Assembly (NCBI GenBank): GCA_020722725.1
Contig: DYKG01000002.1
Coordinates: 28,851 to 92,850 of the forward strand
Direction: 5' to 3'
Source: Candidatus Methylomirabilis sp.
Lineage (GTDB): Bacteria; Muiribacteriota; Ozemobacteria; Ozemobacterales; Ozemobacteraceae
Length of the DNA: 64,000 bases
This document shows positions 58,406 to 64,000 of the stretch, piece by piece. Positions within the stretch are counted from its first letter, which is position 1; every line of letters starts with the position of its first letter. The position numbers and the translations under genes were made by a program. The notes under the pieces are model-generated. The model did not search any database. It was not told the origin of the DNA and saw only the letters and a program-made list of their open reading frames with translations.

Positions 58406-59482
58406 ATGGCCGACATTTTCAGAATACTTGTCATTAATCCAGGATCAACGACAACCAAAGTAGGGCTTTTTGAAAATGAGAACCTGATCAAGGAAAAGAA
58501 AATTTCACATTCTTCGGAAGAAATCGGGAGATTTGCATCAATTATCGAGCAGGTCGACTTTAGAAGAGGGCTAATCGATGAGTTTCTCAAAGAAAACAAA
58601 CTCTCTCCCAGAGATCTATCGGCAGTCGTTGGCCGCGGCGGACTTCTCAAGCCATTGCCAAGCGGCACATACAGGGTAAATCACGACATTGTTGAAGACC
58701 TTAAATCATGTCGCTATGGAGAACATGCCAGTAACATCGGTGCATTGCTCGGGGACAGTTTCCAAAAAGACTTTGGAATTCCCGCATTTGTCGTTGACCC
58801 TCCGATAGTTGATGAGATGCAGGATATTGCAAGATTTTCAGGAGTCAGGGATATCTCAAGAAGGCCGATCTGGCATGCACTCAATGTTATGGCGGTAGTC
58901 AGACAAACCTGCAAATCGGAAGGATTTGCGCCAGACAAAGAAAATTTTGTTGTAGCGCACATTGGCGGTGGCATTTCGGTTTCTGCAATTGAGAAAGGCC
59001 GGTGCATCGACGTTAGCAACGGCCTTGAAGAAGGCCCGTTTACTCCCGAACGCGCCGGGGCTCTGCCGACTCTTGAGCTGGTAAAGCTTTGTTTTTCCGG
59101 CAAACACACCCAATCCGAAATAAAAAAACTTCTGGTTGGTCGCGGTGGCCTGGTAGATTATCTGGGTACCAGCAGCATGGTCGAAGTAGCCGAAAAAGTT
59201 AAAGCGGGCGATCAGTTTTTTGACGAAGTTTTCAGCGCAATGGGTTACCAGATCGCCAAAACCATCGGCTCCTATGTTGCGGTGCTCAAAGGCAAAGTCA
59301 CCAGAATTATTTTAACTGGCGGCGGTGCTCATAATCAGGTTCTTTTAAGCAAAATTACTGATTACATCAAATGCTTTGCGCCCATTCACATAGTTCCAGG
59401 CGAAGACGAACTTGCTGCTCTTGCCCTTGGCGGCTTGAGAGTTCTGCGCAAAGAAGTCGAAGCCAGAACTTATGTGGCTTGA
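58406..59482 (+). CDS. buk: Butyrate kinase (acetate/propionate kinase family)
   Basis: The N-terminus ILVINPGSTTTKVGLFEN is typical, the length is about 357 aa, and ptb is adjacent. Confidence 0.85.
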   Translation: MADIFRILVINPGSTTTKVGLFENENLIKEKKISHSSEEIGRFASIIEQVDFRRGLIDEFLKENKLSPRDLSAVVGRGGLLKPLPSGTYRVNHDIVEDLKSCRYGEHASNIGALLGDSFQKDFGIPAFVVDPPIVDEMQDIARFSGVRDISRRPIWHALNVMAVVRQTCKSEGFAPDKENFVVAHIGGGISVSAIEKGRCIDVSNGLEEGPFTPERAGALPTLELVKLCFSGKHTQSEIKKLLVGRGGLVDYLGTSSMVEVAEKVKAGDQFFDEVFSAMGYQIAKTIGSYVAVLKGKVTRIILTGGGAHNQVLLSKITDYIKCFAPIHIVPGEDELAALALGGLRVLRKEVEARTYVA

Positions 59483-59500
59483 TAAATACAGGAGTAAATT

Positions 59501-60427
59501 ATGAGTCAGAATTTTTTTGGTAAACTGGTTGAAAATCTTGTACCTGAAAAAGTCTGTCGGGTTGCGATTCCAATCGCCAATGATGAGGCTTGTGCCTATG
59601 CTGTATGTCAGGCAGTTAAAATGGGAATTTTAAAAGCTGTTTTGATTGGCGACCCAAATGAGATGGCAAGCATGTATGGCGAAATTGCCAGCCATGAAAA
59701 TGTCAGAATTCTTAAGGAAACCGAAGAGAAAGCTGCCTGCTCGACTGCGGTAAAAGAAGTCAGGGAAAATCGTGCCGATATTTTAATGAAAGGCAATGTT
59801 AACACATCCACACTTCTAAAGGCTGTTCTTCACAACCAGGAGGGTATAAAGAAAAACCCGATTCTTTCACATCTCACTTTTTTCGAGCTCCCTGGAAAAG
59901 AAGGGCTTAAAATTCTTACAGACGCGGCAATGTGCATTGCCCCAGATGAAGACACCATGCAGAAAGAAATTGAAAATGCCTGTGAAGCATTTAGAACTTT
60001 CTGCAAATACCCACCCAAAGTTGCTATTCTGGCTGCGAACGAGAAAGTTTCAGAAAAGGTTCCCAGTACGGTTCTTGCAGATAACATTGCCCGGGCAATG
60101 AAAAGCAGATCAGATATTATTGTCGAGGGTCCGGTTTCTTTTGATCTTGCAGTCAGCCCTGAATCAGCAAAAATAAAAAAATATCACGGCGAAATTCAAG
60201 GTGATGCCGACATTTTTGTTGTTCCGCGCATTGAAACGGGCAATGCACTGTACAAATCTTTGCAATATTACATTCACGCTGTAATGGGTGGTCTGGTTTA
60301 CGGTGCCAGATGCCCGGTAGTTCTAACTTCTCGGGCTGACGACAATATCACCAAATTCAACTCACTGCTGCTGGGAATGGCCCTTTGGCAGCATGGAAAC
60401 GATAATCGGGAGATTTCTCACCAGTAA
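59501..60427 (+). CDS. ptb: Phosphate butyryltransferase/phosphotransacylase
   Basis: It is a Pta/Ptb-family protein of about 300 aa and is coupled to buk. Confidence 0.8.
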   Translation: MSQNFFGKLVENLVPEKVCRVAIPIANDEACAYAVCQAVKMGILKAVLIGDPNEMASMYGEIASHENVRILKETEEKAACSTAVKEVRENRADILMKGNVNTSTLLKAVLHNQEGIKKNPILSHLTFFELPGKEGLKILTDAAMCIAPDEDTMQKEIENACEAFRTFCKYPPKVAILAANEKVSEKVPSTVLADNIARAMKSRSDIIVEGPVSFDLAVSPESAKIKKYHGEIQGDADIFVVPRIETGNALYKSLQYYIHAVMGGLVYGARCPVVLTSRADDNITKFNSLLLGMALWQHGNDNREISHQ

Positions 60428-61070
60428 AGTAATTTCTGGCCGAAAGGAAATTTTGCGGATGGTAGATCAAAACTTGCCAAATATCAACAGCAAGGTATCT
60501 TTTGCCTCAGGGCACATACCCGAGATCCTTAAAAAGCTTGAAAAGTTCCTTGGTGTCGCCCTTTCACTTCGCTCTACCACCGGTGAGGTTGTCTGCAAAA
60601 CGGATTATTTCAATGGCCCCTGCTCAATCATCAGGGGCACTGAACGCGGCAGAGCGAGATGCAGAAAAACCTACAAAAATATTGAAGATCGCCTGCTCAG
60701 ACGTAAAAAAACCTTTGTAAATGTTTGCTATGCGGGCTTTCTTGTTTTTGCCGTACCTTTGGAGTTCCGTGGAGAAATGGTCGGAACCTTACTCGGCTCA
60801 CAGATTCTTCCGCTTGAGAGAGACCGGATTTTCAGCCTTGAATCTCTATTCGGGCACACCGCTGCAGCTGTCGGTATTACCCGCACCGAAGAATTTTATA
60901 AAACATTTGAAAAAGTCAGAACCTTAAGACCTGACCTGCAAAGAATCACTTTTCTTCAATATCTCGAGGAAATTGGCCGGAATTTTATCAACATGGCATT
61001 TGCTGACAAAAACTGGGACATCTTCCTCAAGGAAATGCAGTCTGAAACTCCTCAGTTCGGCAGGTTTTAA
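60393..61070 (+). CDS. Stand-alone PocR-type sensory domain protein
   Basis: Cys and aromatic-rich PocR signature motifs are present (CKTDYFNGPCSIIRG...CRKTY...FVNVCYAGFLVFAVPLEFRGEMVGTLLGSQIL). There is no output domain. The true start may be at M22 (60456), which would avoid the overlap with ptb. Confidence 0.6.
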   Translation: METIIGRFLTSKVISGRKEILRMVDQNLPNINSKVSFASGHIPEILKKLEKFLGVALSLRSTTGEVVCKTDYFNGPCSIIRGTERGRARCRKTYKNIEDRLLRRKKTFVNVCYAGFLVFAVPLEFRGEMVGTLLGSQILPLERDRIFSLESLFGHTAAAVGITRTEEFYKTFEKVRTLRPDLQRITFLQYLEEIGRNFINMAFADKNWDIFLKEMQSETPQFGRF

Positions 61071-62312
61071 ATGCTTAAGTTGTTCAGAAACGGCAAGGTG
61101 CTTCAACCTGATTTTACCTTCAAGGAAGTCAGCATCCTGATTCAGGACGACATCATCTACGATATTCTTGAGCCATCAGAGTTACCGCGCAAACCAATAG
61201 ATGCCGACATAGACCTGTATGGCCAATATGTTTTACCTGGCATGATCAATGGCCATGACCATCTCGTAGATACTTGCTGGAAAGGCCTCGGCAAAACTCC
61301 CGTTGAAAACTGGTATGAATGGGATGAATCAGTTAAAGCCAGTGATGATTACAAATCAATGCAGAGACTTTCTGTTACAGATCTTTACATCCTGGGAATG
61401 TACAAGAATGCTCTTTCCGGGGCAACCACAGTGGTTGATCATTTCCCCGATGAAATTTCCAAAACCTTTTACCAGCATCAGTTGACATCACTTCTCGAAC
61501 ACCAATACCTTGCCCATTCTGTTTCTGAGAAGCAGCTGCATTGGGGTAGAAACATTGTTGACGAATTCAGGCAATCGCGAGGGGTTATTCCATTTATCGT
61601 TCATATGGGTCAGGGTACCGCCAAAGAAATTCGCGAAGAACTCGAAGCACTTAACCGCCTTGGAGCTCTTGAATCAAATACGGTACTGGTCGATTGCTGC
61701 CACCTGAACAAAACCGACCTTCAGCTCATTGCTGCCAAAGGAGCTTCAATTATATGGCTGCCACAGGCAAGTGAAATTGTTTTTGGCCGGCAACCAGATA
61801 TGGCCACGATTCTCGAGCTTGGCATTCCTTTCTGCATCGGAACTGAAAGCTCCAACACCGGCTCAAAAGGAATTCTTTGCAGCCTAAAAAAGGCACTGAA
61901 GCACTCACGCGAATTTCTTGACAATAGAATTTCGGCCAGGGATCTCTTTAAAGCAGTTACAGCTTCTGCCGCAAGAATTTTTGGTATTGAAAAAACAGTT
62001 GGAACGATTCAGGCTGGCAAAAAAGCTGATTTAATCGTTTTTCGCACCGATGATGAAGAAGACCCCTTTGAAACATTTTTTCGTTTGAATGCCGAGCAGT
62101 TTTCAATGGTAGTCCACAATGGTTCTATGATTATCGGAAACGATGAATTCCGCAAAGTTTCGGCCATTGATTTCAGTCTTTATTCAGAAGTAAGGGTCAA
62201 CAATTCGTCCAAGATTCTTTATGGTAGGCCAGTTCAGTTGATTGAAAGAATCAATCACAAACTTGGACGTCAGGTGAATTTCCCGTTTTTTCCGATTCAA
62301 GCTGAAGACTGA
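61071..62312 (+). CDS. Amidohydrolase-family metal-dependent hydrolase (deaminase/chlorohydrolase-like)
   Basis: The HxH motif is VLPGMINGHDHL, and the TIM-barrel amidohydrolase layout is visible. Confidence 0.7.
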   Translation: MLKLFRNGKVLQPDFTFKEVSILIQDDIIYDILEPSELPRKPIDADIDLYGQYVLPGMINGHDHLVDTCWKGLGKTPVENWYEWDESVKASDDYKSMQRLSVTDLYILGMYKNALSGATTVVDHFPDEISKTFYQHQLTSLLEHQYLAHSVSEKQLHWGRNIVDEFRQSRGVIPFIVHMGQGTAKEIREELEALNRLGALESNTVLVDCCHLNKTDLQLIAAKGASIIWLPQASEIVFGRQPDMATILELGIPFCIGTESSNTGSKGILCSLKKALKHSREFLDNRISARDLFKAVTASAARIFGIEKTVGTIQAGKKADLIVFRTDDEEDPFETFFRLNAEQFSMVVHNGSMIIGNDEFRKVSAIDFSLYSEVRVNNSSKILYGRPVQLIERINHKLGRQVNFPFFPIQAED

Positions 62313-62385
62313 ATTATAAACTTTGCTTGAATTTAGCTGTTGCAGCTGTTATCATTGGCTAAATCTTTGTGAAAGCTGACTTTCT

Positions 62386-62979
62386 ATGAATATCGATTTT
62401 CTCAAACCCAGTCTGCGGTTTTACTTCAGCTTCCAGTGCCCCTATTCATACATCGCCTGGGAGATCCTGAAAAAGCTTTTAAAAAAATCAACCATTGCGG
62501 TTTGCCCAATTGAAGTTGGCATTTGCCCTACCGGCAACACAAAATTTCATTTTCGCGAAGTCTGGGGTGAAGATCGCTGGCAAAGACTCATTGAGGATGG
62601 AGCAAAACTGGGAATAAGAATCACTCGCATTACCAGATACGTTTCAGGAATAAATGCCGCAAGAGCTCTGGAATCGTATGGAAAATCAAATGCCGAAGAT
62701 TATATTACCAGTGTCTTTCGCGCGGTTTTTCTTACTGGCATCGACATTTCGCTTCCCACAACGTTAAGAATGCACCTGCAATCAGAAGGGCTTGACTCTT
62801 CAATTTTTGCACAGGCAGTTGAAGATCCGAGAACGGAACGAATGGCTCTTGAACAACAGCTACTCTGGGGAATCAGAAGACTTCGTGAAGTTCCTGTTGT
62901 AGAACTGGAAGATGAGCGCTACTCTGGCTATATTGAACAATCAGGCCTGGAGCGCTTTCTCAGGACAATCTTAGACTAA
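62386..62979 (+). CDS. DsbA-like thioredoxin-fold protein (CxxS motif; HCCA-isomerase/FrnE-like)
   Basis: The motif FSFQCPYSYIAW appears near the N-terminus. Confidence 0.55.
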   Translation: MNIDFLKPSLRFYFSFQCPYSYIAWEILKKLLKKSTIAVCPIEVGICPTGNTKFHFREVWGEDRWQRLIEDGAKLGIRITRITRYVSGINAARALESYGKSNAEDYITSVFRAVFLTGIDISLPTTLRMHLQSEGLDSSIFAQAVEDPRTERMALEQQLLWGIRRLREVPVVELEDERYSGYIEQSGLERFLRTILD

Positions 62980-63626
62980 TGACATTTACTTACGAATACC
63001 CAAGACCTTCAGTCACATTAGATGCGGCAATTCTTCGAACCCCAGAGCTCAAGTTTCCTGAAATCCTGCTGATACGTCGCGGCAGACCACCATTTGCAGG
63101 CTGCTGGGCACTCCCCGGCGGGTTTCTTGAGATGCATGAGAAACCGATTGTTGGTGCCGCTCGTGAGCTTCAGGAAGAAACGACGTTGAAAGAACTGCCG
63201 CTCAAGCCATTGTTTGCGTGCGGCGAACCCGAACGCGACCCTCGCGGACGAACGATCACCATGATTTATGCATGCCTGGTTCGTGATGTTGATGCCAATC
63301 CGGTTGGTTCAGATGATGCCGCTGAAGCACGCTGGTTTTCACTGAACGGCTTGCCAGAACTGGCATTTGACCATAAAAGAGTGATCAGTCAGATAGAGAG
63401 TCACCTGCAGTGGCAGGCACTGACTTCAATAGTCGGTCGAGACGTTTTTCACGAAGTGGCTTCACAGAAAGACATCATTCGTCTGCACCGGAGTATTTGT
63501 GAAGAAGCGGCTACAGATATAATTTCCAGGGCAGAAAGAATGGGTCTGCTGAAATGTAGAGATGGCATTTGCGAATATTCACCCGCCGTACCCATGGGGC
63601 CTGATTGGCAGCCAATGGTCTGGTAA
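62979..63626 (+). CDS. NUDIX hydrolase with C-terminal extension
   Basis: The Nudix box is GGFLEMHEKPIVGAARELQEETTL. The start overlaps the upstream stop. Confidence 0.8.
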   Translation: MTFTYEYPRPSVTLDAAILRTPELKFPEILLIRRGRPPFAGCWALPGGFLEMHEKPIVGAARELQEETTLKELPLKPLFACGEPERDPRGRTITMIYACLVRDVDANPVGSDDAAEARWFSLNGLPELAFDHKRVISQIESHLQWQALTSIVGRDVFHEVASQKDIIRLHRSICEEAATDIISRAERMGLLKCRDGICEYSPAVPMGPDWQPMVW

Positions 63627-64000
63627 TGAATTCAATTCAACTTTTAAAACCCGCATTTAAAAAGATAAGACGGGTTTTTTCTCTGAGAAGTCGTTTAATT
63701 TTATTTATTCTTACTTCCGGGTCGTTGATAGTTACCGGAGTTATTTATTACGGACTTTATCGCTTTCTTGACTACGTTGGCCGTGCTCCGATGCTGGGGG
63801 AAACATTCGGCCCTCTGGTTGGTGGACTGCTGGTTTCAAAATTGCTTGAAATGCTTCTTTTAACCCTTTTTTTTATGGTGTTATTCAGCAGTATAATTTC
63901 AGCTCTATCAGCTTTTTTTCTTAATGAAGAGCTGCCTGTTTTAATGGCATCTCCACAGCCGGTAAGCAGGATCTTTCGCTCTCGCTTTTTAATGATGTCG
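63626..64000 (+). CDS. Membrane protein, 3'-truncated at the window edge
   Basis: An ATG overlaps the upstream TAA. The translation MNSIQLLKPAFKKIRRVFSLRSRLILFILTSGSLIVTGVIYYGL... has multiple hydrophobic helices, and no stop falls within the window. Confidence 0.45.
   Translation, partial: MNSIQLLKPAFKKIRRVFSLRSRLILFILTSGSLIVTGVIYYGLYRFLDYVGRAPMLGETFGPLVGGLLVSKLLEMLLLTLFFMVLFSSIISALSAFFLNEELPVLMASPQPVSRIFRSRFLMMS

Noticed and set aside
58315-58668. 117-aa ORF on the - strand between the MBL hydrolase and buk
   Set aside because: It overlaps the first 260 nt of the well-supported butyrate kinase gene in antisense. Its translation has no motifs.

Overview
The window is a bacterial chromosomal segment of about 45% GC. 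Conserved housekeeping genes are interleaved with surface and signalling modules. No transposase, integrase, phage gene or CRISPR array was seen. Strand in each bracket.

Housekeeping content:
- Macromolecular-synthesis operon dnaG-rpoD, followed by tRNA-CAU and two identical tandem tRNA-Glu(UUC) genes (-).
- An RNase P RNA gene (rnpB, -) abutting a TPM-domain gene and a COG1579 zinc-ribbon gene.
- The der-plsY-gpsA block and lepA (+).
- PBP1A (mrcA, -), folC (+), a DUF1343/NamZ-like gene (+), htrA (-), uxs-hpt (+), buk-ptb (+).
- DusB (+), a pfkB-family kinase (-), cbiX-like (+), a polysaccharide deacetylase (+), an amidohydrolase (+), a DsbA-like protein (+) and a NUDIX hydrolase (+).

Notable accessory content:
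1. Two paralogous minor-pseudopilin cassettes at 8053-12409 (+) and 28536-32500 (-).
   - Each has two classic prepilins with a short basic leader, G/A at -1 and E at +5, plus a GspK-like large hydrophobic-N-terminus protein.
   - One cassette ends in an 861-aa secreted protein that may be a PilY1-like adhesin.
   - Both are flanked by TPR lipoproteins.
   - No secretin, assembly ATPase, platform protein or prepilin peptidase lies nearby.
2. A Ser/Thr phospho-signalling module at 48510-53508.
   - FHA-fused and cNMP-fused CpaE/TadZ-family ATPases bracket a Hanks kinase (PEGA plus TPR ectodomain) and a PP2C phosphatase.
   - The FHA-fused paralogue has lost the P-loop lysine.
3. A soluble cNMP-binding protein fused to a minimal MCP hairpin tip, followed by an Hfq-like gene with a long proline-rich tail.
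4. A PhnD-like substrate-binding protein next to a HAMP-GAF-GGDEF diguanylate cyclase.
5. An orphan PocR domain protein after buk-ptb.
6. A repetitive amphipathic secreted protein with an acidic tail.

All calls rest on reading motifs in the supplied translations and DNA. No database search was run.
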